Of a DNA stretch of 64,000 nt, positions 28,522-36,804 are shown piece after piece. Location of the stretch: the NCBI GenBank assembly GCA_964615445.1, contig CAZTOK010000004.1, positions 7,436-71,435 on the forward strand. The letters are read 5' to 3'. Each line of letters starts with the position of its first letter. Position 1 is the stretch's first letter. The notes beneath the pieces are model-generated. The model worked only from the letters and a program-made list of their open reading frames with translations, was not told the DNA's origin and ran no database searches. The stretch is from an uncultured Candidatus Saccharibacteria bacterium (GTDB lineage: Bacteria; Patescibacteriota; Saccharimonadia; Saccharimonadales; Saccharimonadaceae). Both the position numbers and the translations under genes were made by a program.

Positions 28522-29389
28522 AAGCTTATTCGAGGTCAAGCACGTTATAGTTCAAGGGATCACCGGAAGCCATGGTGCGTTTCATACGGCCGCCATGTGC
28601 GCCGCTGGCACATCAATTGTCGCTGGAACCTCGCCTAGTAAAGCTGGGCAATTCGTTAACGGGGTACCTGTATATAAAACTATTTTGGATATTAAAAAAG
28701 TTCACCCAACTATTGACGCGAGTGTTGTATTTGTGCCGGCGCCATTCGCTAAGGTGGCACTTCTTGAGGCCATTGCCGCCGAAATCCCCCTAATTGTCTG
28801 TATTACCGAGAATATCCCGGTCCACGATATGCTCGTTGTTAAAAAGGCCGCCGCAGAACGGGGAGTAACGATCATTGGCCCTAACTGTCCAGGTATTCTT
28901 ATTCCTGCCAAACTCAAACTTGGGATTATCCCTGTCTCTATGGCGCTACCTGGGTCTGTAGCTATCGTAAGCCGCTCCGGAACGTTAACATACGAGGTCG
29001 CAGCTGGCCTGAGTGCCAAAGGTATTGGCCAGGCCTATATTATTGGTATCGGCGGCGATCGTGTACGCGGCACCAGCTTCATCGATTGTTTAAAACTATT
29101 CGAAGAAGATCCGGCAGTATCCTCTATCGTACTTATTGGAGAAATTGGAGGGAGCGGCGAGCAGCAAGCAGCCGCTTTTATTACCCAACATATTACCAAA
29201 CCGATATATGCCTATATCGCTGGCCACTCGGCGCCTCTAGGGGTACAGCTTGGACATGCCGGAGCTATTTTGGGCAGTACAGACGAAACTGCAGCTGCAA
29301 AAACGAGAGCTCTTTCTCAAGCAGGTGCACATACAAGTAGAAATATAGCTGCGCTTATTGAGAAAGTAGTAGCAACTTACTTATCCTAA
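28514..29389 (+). CDS. sucD: Succinyl-CoA synthetase alpha-subunit-like protein
   Basis: VIVQGITGSHGAFH, IIGPNCPGI, SRSGTLTYE and the catalytic-His block GHAGAI. I chose the ATG at 28514, which overlaps the sucC stop (ATGCATAA). The ORF-track start at 28361 would overlap 160 nt of sucC. Confidence 0.85.
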   Translation: MHKSLFEVKHVIVQGITGSHGAFHTAAMCAAGTSIVAGTSPSKAGQFVNGVPVYKTILDIKKVHPTIDASVVFVPAPFAKVALLEAIAAEIPLIVCITENIPVHDMLVVKKAAAERGVTIIGPNCPGILIPAKLKLGIIPVSMALPGSVAIVSRSGTLTYEVAAGLSAKGIGQAYIIGIGGDRVRGTSFIDCLKLFEEDPAVSSIVLIGEIGGSGEQQAAAFITQHITKPIYAYIAGHSAPLGVQLGHAGAILGSTDETAAAKTRALSQAGAHTSRNIAALIEKVVATYLS

Positions 29390-29562
29390 GGATATATCTC
29401 TCTGTACTCTTGCATCTGCTCGAAGAGATAATAGCGCCTCGATTCGTGGCAACGCCTCGGATACACTAATATAAGGAAGGGTCTCAGAATAAGGATACCG
29501 AATACGTTGTAGTATATATCGAGCCATATCTCGACGAGTATCGTCAGGTATTATTTTCTCTT

Positions 29563-30486
29563 CTACAGGAGCACCCTCAATGTTCCATACCTTTGTTCGG
29601 CTTTAAAAGTCGAATTTATATCAAGTTCGGTGTACGCTCCATTTAAAAATCGGGCAGCAAGCCTACGTGTTTGCGGAGGATTATCATGACGCATCATTCT
29701 GCCATATTGATCCATAGTAAATTTGCCGAGCCCCTGTGCAATATGCACTACTACCTCACCAAGCCTAAAACGCATATAATTTCCATCATTACCAGGAATA
29801 GAATCGACATCTGCATAGTGTACATTTTCTTCTATTTTTTGGCTGTCACTTCCCAGAACTTCTCCCATAATAACAGAACTAACTCCATGCGTATGAGGTA
29901 ATTCAATACCAAAAATATCTAGTACACCATGAGGATTTCTTAATTTTCTTAGCTTTGAGGTCCATGCAAATAGTTCCATTAACGGATTATTGTCATGTGC
30001 TTGTTCATGAATATGGGTAAGGAAATGTTCAAAACTTTTAGAAATAAGATATGGTTCGTTCATAAATGAATTTGACGGAAGATAGTATTCATGAGATTTA
30101 AACCACGCAAACTCCTCCGGGGTTGCCGCGAGAGGCTTTTCTAAAGATAGTACGGGCAGGTCCATACCTTGTTGCGTGTACGCATTTAAGATATCGTAGG
30201 TCGCCGAAGCATGCTGACCGCTGCCGGTAGCGATCGCAACAGCATCAAATCTTCCTTCTGGCATAGTATTTACTAACTCAACTTTTCCTTGATGTAAGGC
30301 GCTACTAAGATTAGGCAAGTCGGTGCGAAATGGCACATTAGGGTTAATATCATAAAAGGTAATACTTGGTATATGTTCTCTACCACCAGCCACTTCAGGA
30401 TCGGTAAGATGCTCGCCGTGTTTAGACTGGCTCGCCCTCGCTCCTACAATTAAAATTCGTTCCATGCCACCCCCCATCATGTACAT
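29563..30486 (-). CDS. Gfo/Idh/MocA-like oxidoreductase (weak call)
   Basis: N-terminal RILIVGA Rossmann start and an EKP motif (SLEKPLAATPEEF). The likely true start is ATG 30465 (MERILIVGA), preceded by a G-rich SD. Confidence 0.5.
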   Translation of the reverse strand: MYMMGGGMERILIVGARASQSKHGEHLTDPEVAGGREHIPSITFYDINPNVPFRTDLPNLSSALHQGKVELVNTMPEGRFDAVAIATGSGQHASATYDILNAYTQQGMDLPVLSLEKPLAATPEEFAWFKSHEYYLPSNSFMNEPYLISKSFEHFLTHIHEQAHDNNPLMELFAWTSKLRKLRNPHGVLDIFGIELPHTHGVSSVIMGEVLGSDSQKIEENVHYADVDSIPGNDGNYMRFRLGEVVVHIAQGLGKFTMDQYGRMMRHDNPPQTRRLAARFLNGAYTELDINSTFKAEQRYGTLRVLL

Positions 30487-30524
30487 ATCTATATAAAGTT
30501 AGATCAAATGTTATAATAAACTCA

Positions 30525-31472
30525 ATGACTCATAAAAAGATTAGCATACTTATCCCTGCCTATAACGAGCACGAGGTCCTTCGTCACCTTTACGAGCGAC
30601 TCAACAAACTCGCCGGCGAAAATCAAAACTATGACTTTGAATTTTTATTCATTAATGACGGTAGTCGCGACAATACTCTTGAAATGATTCAGACATATGC
30701 TGAAGAAGACCATCGCATTGGCTACATTAACCTTTCGCGTAATTTTGGCAAGGAAATCGCCATGATTGCCGGATTAGATCACGTTACTGGTGACGCCACG
30801 GTTATTATCGATGCCGATTTACAAGATCCCCCAGAGCTCATACCTGAAATGATTAAATATTGGGAAGAAGGCTACGACGATGTATATGCCAGGCGAAAAT
30901 CACGCGCTGGTGAGTCGTGGCTTAAAAAAGTAACCTCTACAATGTTTTATAGACTACTTCAAAAATCAACCAACATTCCTATTCAACGCGATACGGGTGA
31001 CTTTCGTTTGCTCGATAAACGCTGCGTTGAAGCATTGCGACAATTCCGAGAATCGCAGCGGTATGGCAAGGGGATGTTCAGTTGGATCGGCTACAAGAAA
31101 AAAGAGATTCTTTATAGCCGTGACGCGCGCGCAGCTGGTGTCACTAAGTGGAACTACCCAAAGCTCGCCAACCTGGCCATTGATGGTATTACCTCTTTTA
31201 CTACAGCCCCGCTCCGTATTTCATCCGTATTAGGCCTGCTTGTATCGTTGGTTGCGTTTATTTATATCATTTACCTTGTTGTTCGCACTGCGCTACATGG
31301 CAGCGACTTGGCCGGCTATCCATCTATGATGGCGGTCATTCTCTTTCTTGGTGGCGTACAGCTTTTGTCACTTGGTATTATTGGCGAATACATTGGACGT
31401 ATTTTTAACGAAACCAAGCATCGTCCACTTTACTTAATAGAGAGTTATCATGAAAGTAAACGTCAAAGATAA
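30525..31472 (+). CDS. GtrB/ArnC-like polyprenyl-phosphate glycosyltransferase (GT2 with 2 C-terminal TMs)
   Basis: ISILIPAYNEHEVL...FINDGSRDNT...IDADLQDPPELIPEM..., with C-terminal TMs LGLLVSLVAFIYIIYLVV and MMAVILFLGGVQLLSLGIIGEYIGRIF. Confidence 0.85.
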   Translation: MTHKKISILIPAYNEHEVLRHLYERLNKLAGENQNYDFEFLFINDGSRDNTLEMIQTYAEEDHRIGYINLSRNFGKEIAMIAGLDHVTGDATVIIDADLQDPPELIPEMIKYWEEGYDDVYARRKSRAGESWLKKVTSTMFYRLLQKSTNIPIQRDTGDFRLLDKRCVEALRQFRESQRYGKGMFSWIGYKKKEILYSRDARAAGVTKWNYPKLANLAIDGITSFTTAPLRISSVLGLLVSLVAFIYIIYLVVRTALHGSDLAGYPSMMAVILFLGGVQLLSLGIIGEYIGRIFNETKHRPLYLIESYHESKRQR

Positions 31473-31884
31473 AGAGCAAAAAATGCGTTTCGTCGCCGTT
31501 GGCGGCGTTAATACAGTTATTGATTTTGGCTTACTTTTCGCACTCAGTACCCTTGGCGTGCCCGTGCTTATTGCTAATATCTTTTCAACTACAACAGCAT
31601 TTTGCTTTAGCTTTTTTGCCAATAAAAAATACACATTCAAAACAACCGATACGAATGTTAAGCGCGAGCTTTTTCTGTTTATCGTTGTAACGCTTTTTGG
31701 ACTATGGATACTCCAAACCATTGTCATTAAGTTAGTAATTATGTCATTTTCAGGCATTCATCTATCCGATAACGCAGCGTTATTCATCGCGAAGGTCATT
31801 GCCACTATGGTGACCCTCGTGTGGAATTATGTCATGTATTCACGTGTCGTCTTTAAAAAGAACGACACAGAAATTGAACTGTAA
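31450..31884 (+). CDS. GtrA-family membrane protein
   Basis: RFVAVGGVNTVIDFGLLFAL...VWNYVMYSRVVF. An alternative start at ATG 31483 would remove the overlap with the preceding gene. Confidence 0.75.
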   Translation: MKVNVKDKEQKMRFVAVGGVNTVIDFGLLFALSTLGVPVLIANIFSTTTAFCFSFFANKKYTFKTTDTNVKRELFLFIVVTLFGLWILQTIVIKLVIMSFSGIHLSDNAALFIAKVIATMVTLVWNYVMYSRVVFKKNDTEIEL

Positions 31885-32975
31885 TGCACATTGCTATTGA
31901 TGCGCGCATTATCAACTCCTCCACGGGCACCTATGTTGAACGACTGCTGCACTACCTACAACAAATCGATAACGTTAATCGCTACACTATTCTTGTGCCT
32001 CCAAAAGACAAAGATTATTTTGTTCCTACAAATAAGAATTTCACCGTCAGAACTATAGATATCCCTAATTACTCATTTGCCGAACAAACAACATTCAAAA
32101 CCTTCCTTGATGAACTCTCACCTGATCTTGTTCATTTTTGTATGCCTCAACAACCAATTTCTTATAAAGGGAAGCACGTAACGACCATTCACGATCTTAT
32201 CCTGTTAAACACCTATAATTCTGATAAAAATTGGCTTATCTTTCGTGTAAAACAGCTCATCGGGCGGTTTGTTTTTAAACGCATCGCATTTACTAATGAA
32301 CACATAATCGTACCGACCGAGTATGTCAAAAAAGCCTACATAGATTTCTCAGGTATTCCTGAAGAAAAGGTTTCAGTCACATACGAATCAGCTGACATTT
32401 CTGTCGATACTCTCAAGCCTTACAAACATACCTTTAAAAACTTTATTTTATACGTAGGTCAGCAAAGCGATTACAAAAATATTCGTCGGCTTGGCGAGGC
32501 CCACCAACAACTACTTAAAAAACATCCCAACCTCGGCCTAATACTTGTAGGTAAAAAAACTGCTGCTCATCTTAAAAACGAAGCCTATTTTACCAAAAAA
32601 GGCTATAAAAATATCCTTTTCACAGGCTTTATCTCAAACGCCGAACTCGGCTGGCTTTATACTAAGTGCACTGCTTACGTCTTTCCATCGCTTATGGAGG
32701 GTTTTGGCCTGCCCGCCCTTGAAGCCATGGCGTACGGCGCACCAGTAGCGAGCAGCAATGCAACGTGCTTGCCTGAAGTATGTGGCGATGCTGCTCGCTA
32801 CTTTGATCCAAACAACACCGATGATATGGCCCATGCGATTAACGATATTCTTGTAGACAAAAAAATGCGTGATTCCCTTATAAAAAGAGGATCTCAGCAG
32901 ATAAAAAAGTACTCGTGGAAACGTATGGCTCAGCAAACGTATGCAGTTTATATGGAAGCTTTAAACACTAAATAA
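31884..32975 (+). CDS. Family-1/4 (GT-B) glycosyltransferase
   Basis: C-terminal EX7E-type block FPSLMEGFGLPALEAMAYGAPVASSNATCLPEVCGDAA. Confidence 0.85.
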   Translation: MHIAIDARIINSSTGTYVERLLHYLQQIDNVNRYTILVPPKDKDYFVPTNKNFTVRTIDIPNYSFAEQTTFKTFLDELSPDLVHFCMPQQPISYKGKHVTTIHDLILLNTYNSDKNWLIFRVKQLIGRFVFKRIAFTNEHIIVPTEYVKKAYIDFSGIPEEKVSVTYESADISVDTLKPYKHTFKNFILYVGQQSDYKNIRRLGEAHQQLLKKHPNLGLILVGKKTAAHLKNEAYFTKKGYKNILFTGFISNAELGWLYTKCTAYVFPSLMEGFGLPALEAMAYGAPVASSNATCLPEVCGDAARYFDPNNTDDMAHAINDILVDKKMRDSLIKRGSQQIKKYSWKRMAQQTYAVYMEALNTK

Positions 32976-32993
32976 TACCTTCAGTAAAGGGCT

Positions 32994-33035
32994 GGCTGTA
33001 TCGTGCACACAGTTGTGCACGATACAGCCTTTTTT
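32994..33035 (+). terminator. Rho-independent terminator, possibly bidirectional between convergent genes
   Basis: Perfect 16-bp stem ggctgtatcgtgcaca / tgtgcacgatacagcc with a 4-nt loop, followed by TTTTTT (33030-33035). Confidence 0.75.
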
Positions 33036-33036
33036 G

Positions 33037-33921
33037 TTATGCAGCCAGCAAACGTCCCTCAAGTTGACTCATACGCCAGGCACGAGTTCGCACGCTTTGT
33101 CGTTGCGCCTTCTGAATAACACTAGGAATGAGGCTATAATCTTCTAGGACGATAAGTCTTCCTTCATCCTCGGCTTTATAAAGATCAGGGAAAGAACGAA
33201 ACGAACCAGGAAACGATTTATTACCATAATCTCGCGTTGTGAGGAACAATACAATACTGCCATTCTCAAGTGCGACTTGGCATTCACGCCTTGTGCCGTC
33301 GCCACCACCAACGCATACCAAAATATCGGGTAAAAGCCCGACAAACACTTCACGCTCAGGGTAGGTGTTAGCCTTAACGACCAAATGGTCACGAGGCCCA
33401 ATACTCGCTAGGCCTTCAAGCGGGATAAACCCCAAGCTGGGGATATCATATTTGGCCGCCAACACCCCGCTTAGGCCAAGTACGCCAGCACTTACCCCAC
33501 CATCGCTGATAAGTGAAGGTGCATAGTTTATATTCACCAAAGTCTGAAGTAATGCTGACATAGCATCAGCTTCGTCCGCATACTCATAGCCACCAGTAGC
33601 GAATCCAGAAAATCCCCAAACAAGTCCATTTTGATGGTACGCTTCAACTACCTGAATAACATCAGTAACCGGTAGCGTAGGCATATTATATTCCCAGAAA
33701 GCATCGCTTAGTGACGAGTCTGTGTATATTCGACTCGTCGTTGAAAGCGCATAATGGTCAATTGCAACGGGCTGATTACCATATTCTGGATGCGGGTAGC
33801 TCACTCCCTCAAGAAGAGAGACGCGTCGTAATGAATCGGGAAATTGCTCTCCTCTGGTGCAAAGTGAAACAAACATCTGCTGCCACGATGCCCAATTATC
33901 TCCAGCCATTACCACTCCCAA
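33037..33921 (-). CDS. LOG/SLOG-superfamily (Rossmann-like, lysine-decarboxylase-like) protein
   Basis: DGGVSAGVLGLSG and VCVGGGDGTRRE resemble the GGGxGxMG and PGGxGTxxE motifs of LOG/SLOG proteins. The N-terminal ~110 aa is unassigned. Confidence 0.45.
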   Translation of the reverse strand: MGVVMAGDNWASWQQMFVSLCTRGEQFPDSLRRVSLLEGVSYPHPEYGNQPVAIDHYALSTTSRIYTDSSLSDAFWEYNMPTLPVTDVIQVVEAYHQNGLVWGFSGFATGGYEYADEADAMSALLQTLVNINYAPSLISDGGVSAGVLGLSGVLAAKYDIPSLGFIPLEGLASIGPRDHLVVKANTYPEREVFVGLLPDILVCVGGGDGTRRECQVALENGSIVLFLTTRDYGNKSFPGSFRSFPDLYKAEDEGRLIVLEDYSLIPSVIQKAQRQSVRTRAWRMSQLEGRLLAA

Positions 33922-34013
33922 GCTGCAGTGAACGTAGTCTAATGACTACACGTATGGTATATGGAAGTAACGTATTTGTCTATTTTTTAAAAAATATCTG
34001 ATATAGAGTTTGT

Positions 34014-34475
34014 TTAACTTGATTTTTGCACAATTACGATACGTCGGTCGCGGCCTTCACCTTCTGAAAAGGTCTGAATATCATCATACTCATCAGCAAC
34101 TCGGTGAACAATCCGGCGATCAGCAGCATTAAGCCGGGCCACATAAGAATCACCTGTTTCACGAACTCCTTCAATCCACATTCGAGCATCGGCAGCCACT
34201 TTATCGGCGCGTTGTTTTTTATAGTCCGCAATGTCTACATTAACACGTGAGGTTTGTGCATTTTTATTGCGAAGTGTCGTTGAAATAATATATTGAATAC
34301 TGCGAAGTGTTTCGGCATTACGACCAATGAGAAGACTGTTGAGTTCAGAAGAGGGGACTGAAAGTTCGATTACTTCATCCGTAAGGACAGCATCAACTGC
34401 TACATTTACGCCAAAAAACGATAAAATATCTTCGAGGTATTTCTTTGCAAATTCAATTGATTGCTGCGTATCCAT
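34014..34475 (-). CDS. jag: Jag/KhpB-type RNA-binding protein (KH + R3H)
   Basis: C-terminal R3H block LNAADRRIVHRVADEYDDIQTFSEGEGRDRRIVI. It lies immediately downstream of yidC (shared boundary at 34475). Confidence 0.85.
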   Translation of the reverse strand: MDTQQSIEFAKKYLEDILSFFGVNVAVDAVLTDEVIELSVPSSELNSLLIGRNAETLRSIQYIISTTLRNKNAQTSRVNVDIADYKKQRADKVAADARMWIEGVRETGDSYVARLNAADRRIVHRVADEYDDIQTFSEGEGRDRRIVIVQKSS

Positions 34476-35413
34476 TACTTCCTCCTTTTTTGGTCTGTAG
34501 CCTTAATGCGCGTAATTGTCGCCGTCGTTGCAGCTTTCTCTCGAGCCCTAGCGGTCGCCTTTTTATGTATCGTGCTCGGTTTTGACTCGGCAATTTCTTC
34601 AAGCTCTTCCTCGTCTTTTCGAAGAAGGTATGTCTGCTGCCCTACGGCAACTAGGTTAGAGACGGCGTAATAGAGAGCAAGCGCACCAGGCACGTTAAGC
34701 ATAATAAATAGCATAAAGAACGGCAACACCATCACCATCTTCCCCATAACAATAGTATTAAGTTCAGACTGATCAGCCGCCTGGCCACTGCTCGCTTCAG
34801 CCATAACATCGCGAAGGCGACGCTTTTTCTCCGGCTGCGGCATAGTTTGTTTGCTCATAAAGTACTGGGTTGCCGCAGCAATAACTGCAAGAAGTACAAG
34901 GACGATATCAACACCATGGTTCGAGAAAGCAGTTTTTGTCAAATCGATTATCCCAAAGAGTTTTTCGTGAAATTGATCGGGATGCGCAATCAATTCTTTG
35001 ACTGGCTCAAGCCCTTTCATAAAGCTATACGTATACTGACCAATTTGGTCACGGTGATCAATAAAAATACGAATCACACTATAAAGTGCGATGAAGATCG
35101 GTAGCTGAATGAGTAAAATACCAATTGAGCGAAATGGGCTAACGCCGTGTTTTTTATATAGCTCAAGCATCTGCATACTCTCTTGCTGTTTATTGCCTTT
35201 AGTCTGCTTTTTAATACGCGCCAGCTCTGGCTGCAACTTCTTCATCGCTTTGGTTTGATGAAGTTGTTTTTTTACTAGTGGAAATAGCGCAAATCGCACT
35301 AGCACAGTAAAAATAATTAAACTAACGCCAAAATCACCACCCGGAATAATACTATACAGCCCAATTAACAGGTTAAAAATTGGCTGAACAATCAAAACGT
35401 CAAAAATATTCAC
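34475..35413 (-). CDS. yidC: Membrane protein insertase YidC (short, Gram-positive type)
   Basis: PLVKKQLHQTKAMKKLQPELARIKKQ...MQMLELYKKHGVSPF... and five TMs. Located in the conserved rnpA-yidC-jag context. Confidence 0.9.
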   Translation of the reverse strand: MNIFDVLIVQPIFNLLIGLYSIIPGGDFGVSLIIFTVLVRFALFPLVKKQLHQTKAMKKLQPELARIKKQTKGNKQQESMQMLELYKKHGVSPFRSIGILLIQLPIFIALYSVIRIFIDHRDQIGQYTYSFMKGLEPVKELIAHPDQFHEKLFGIIDLTKTAFSNHGVDIVLVLLAVIAAATQYFMSKQTMPQPEKKRRLRDVMAEASSGQAADQSELNTIVMGKMVMVLPFFMLFIMLNVPGALALYYAVSNLVAVGQQTYLLRKDEEELEEIAESKPSTIHKKATARAREKAATTATITRIKATDQKRRK

Positions 35414-35460
35414 TTAAAAACTCCAGAAACTATTTGTTCTATTGTACCAGTTTTGTTGTT

Positions 35461-35808
35461 TTATTTATAGAGATCGGTCTGTGTAAAAAGATCTTGTATG
35501 AGTTTTACAAGTTCATCGTGTGGGAGCGAAATGAGTTCACTCGAAAAAACCATAATCGCCACATCGTGTGGTAACTTTATCTGCGGAAGTTCGTGCCGAA
35601 CAATCTCGTACAAGCGACGACGAATACGATTACGACCAACTGCACTTTTATGTACTTTTTTGCTTACTACCACAGTAAAACGAGAATGTTTACGATGGAT
35701 ATTGCGCACATATTTAATCGTCACTAAGTGCGAGCGGATAGCGCGCCCATTTTTATAGACATAACGCAAACTGCCGTGACCATGAAAGCGATGAATAATT
35801 GATAACAT
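35461..35808 (-). CDS. rnpA: Ribonuclease P protein component
   Basis: 115 aa and basic, with FTVVVSKKVHKSAVGRNRIRRRLYE (the RNR motif). Lies downstream of rpmH. Confidence 0.9.
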   Translation of the reverse strand: MLSIIHRFHGHGSLRYVYKNGRAIRSHLVTIKYVRNIHRKHSRFTVVVSKKVHKSAVGRNRIRRRLYEIVRHELPQIKLPHDVAIMVFSSELISLPHDELVKLIQDLFTQTDLYK

Positions 35809-35835
35809 AAGGTGTTTTTATTATAGCGTACAAAT

Positions 35836-35870
35836 AAAAATACGCTCAGGTAGAATTTGAGCGTATTTTT
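35836..35870 (-). terminator. Hairpin between rpmH and rnpA (terminator or attenuator)
   Basis: 13-bp stem aaaaatacgctca / tgagcgtattttt with a 9-nt loop. On the minus strand it is followed by ATTTG. Confidence 0.45.
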
Positions 35871-35874
35871 CCTC

Positions 35875-36012
35875 TTATACAGTCAGTCGAGCGCGACCCT
35901 TAGCACGACGACGCTTCAAGACAGCACGACCGGCTTTCGTAGAAATACGAGCACGGAATCCATGCGTACGCGCGCGGTGCCGTGTGTGTGGTTGGTGAGT
36001 TCGTTTTGGCAT
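35875..36012 (-). CDS. rpmH: 50S ribosomal protein L34
   Basis: Not in the ORF track because it is under 60 aa. The reverse-complement translation is [45 protein letters not shown] (45 aa), a canonical L34. Confidence 0.95.
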   Translation of the reverse strand: MPKRTHQPHTRHRARTHGFRARISTKAGRAVLKRRRAKGRARLTV

Positions 36013-36021
36013 ATCTTTAGT

Positions 36022-36050
36022 ATTGTATCGTAATTACTACAGCATGACAA
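36022..36050 (-). promoter_or_regulatory. Sigma70-like promoter of rpmH (TTGTCA-N17-TACAAT), implying a near-leaderless transcript
   Basis: The -35 is the reverse complement of 36045-36050 and the -10 is the reverse complement of 36022-36027. Only 9 nt (actaaagat) separate the -10 from the ATG, and there is no SD. Confidence 0.4.
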
Positions 36051-36159
36051 GGGTTATACTCTCTTCTTACTCTTAGTATGTCACTTTTCGCCATTTCTGG
36101 CTCTTCAGCATAAATACACATTTATGAAAGCAACAATGTACTGTCGGGGATGTATTCAA

Positions 36160-36193
36160 GGCAGTAGTAGGCGTTTTCACGCCTACTACTGCC
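36160..36193 (-). terminator. Terminator hairpin downstream of the 36206-36550 ORF
   Basis: Perfect 14-bp stem ggcagtagtaggcg / cgcctactactgcc with the loop ttttca. It begins 13 nt past the stop codon. Confidence 0.55.
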
Positions 36194-36205
36194 TCTAATG
36201 TGCAC

Positions 36206-36550
36206 TCAGCCCATGACCACATGGCGAACGGCGACAGGCAAGTACTTCGCCTGAAGCTCGCTCTGCACGAGGTGACCGACGCTCTGGAATCGAGACGCCA
36301 GCCCGGAAGCCAGCCCGCCCCAGACTTCTCCGCGATTCACGCGACCGAAATCCTGGACCGCGAACCAGACGATAGCCGTTGCCTGATCGGCGGGCCAGCG
36401 CTCGATGTGCATCGTCACGAGTGAGGAACCTAGTGCAAGCGAGGTGTAGCCGAGAACGGCCTCCTCGCCCTGCGAGAACTCAACCCGCACGACATACGCT
36501 CTGTCAAACCCGTAAAGGTCCGCGAAAATCATCTGATCTCCCAACCACAC
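36206..36550 (-). CDS. Hypothetical 114-aa protein on a high-GC insert between rpmH and dnaA
   Basis: This is the ORF with normal composition; the overlapping plus-strand ORFs are R/P/A-rich shadow frames. Line 36301-36360 is 41/60 G+C versus 20/60 at 36601-36660. No family recognised. Confidence 0.55.
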   Translation of the reverse strand: MWLGDQMIFADLYGFDRAYVVRVEFSQGEEAVLGYTSLALGSSLVTMHIERWPADQATAIVWFAVQDFGRVNRGEVWGGLASGLASRFQSVGHLVQSELQAKYLPVAVRHVVMG

Positions 36551-36573
36551 ATGGATTCCTACAGGATATTTAT

Positions 36574-36602
36574 ACTATAACATAAATACTATAAGTATTC
36601 AA
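36574..36602 (-). promoter_or_regulatory. Sigma70-like promoter for 36206-36550 (TTGAAT-N17-TATAGT)
   Basis: The -35 is the reverse complement of 36597-36602 and the -10 is the reverse complement of 36574-36579, with a 17-nt spacer. AGGA lies 5 nt before the ATG. Confidence 0.3.
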
Positions 36603-36628
36603 TACCTTCACTTTGTTGGCAATTCAAA

Positions 36629-36745
36629 ACATCCACAGATTTACTTAGTTTTTCCACACATTTACAGATGATGGCTCTCGATGTGGAAAAGTCACACCCC
36701 TATTTCACCCTCGCCTTTGTTGTAGATTGCACTGGTTGTGGAAAA
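36629..36745. promoter_or_regulatory. DnaA-box-like cluster upstream of dnaA (candidate oriC half / dnaA autoregulatory region)
   Basis: ACATCCACA at 36629-36637, TTTTCCACA at 36650-36658, and TGTGGAAAA at 36682-36690 and 36737-36745. These have 1-2 mismatches to TTATCCACA and occur in both orientations. Confidence 0.5.
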
Positions 36746-36804
36746 CTTCTAGCACCTGTATAGTAAGAAGCACCGAGAAGTTGAGGGTAAAAAGGATACA
36801 TACT

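Noticed and set aside
29381-29527. 48-codon minus-strand ORF (MARYILQRIRYPYSETLPYISVSEALPRIEALLSLRADARVQRDISLG) in the sucD / 29563 spacer
   Set aside because: It has no SD, overlaps the sucD 3' end and has no recognisable family. There is insufficient evidence to call a gene.
9529-36179. Shared ttttca loop sequence in the terminator hairpins at 9514-9551 and 36160-36193, considered as a sign of a common mobile cassette end
   Set aside because: The stems are unrelated in sequence and a 6-nt loop match is easily coincidental. It is noted only as a detail in the HGT findings.
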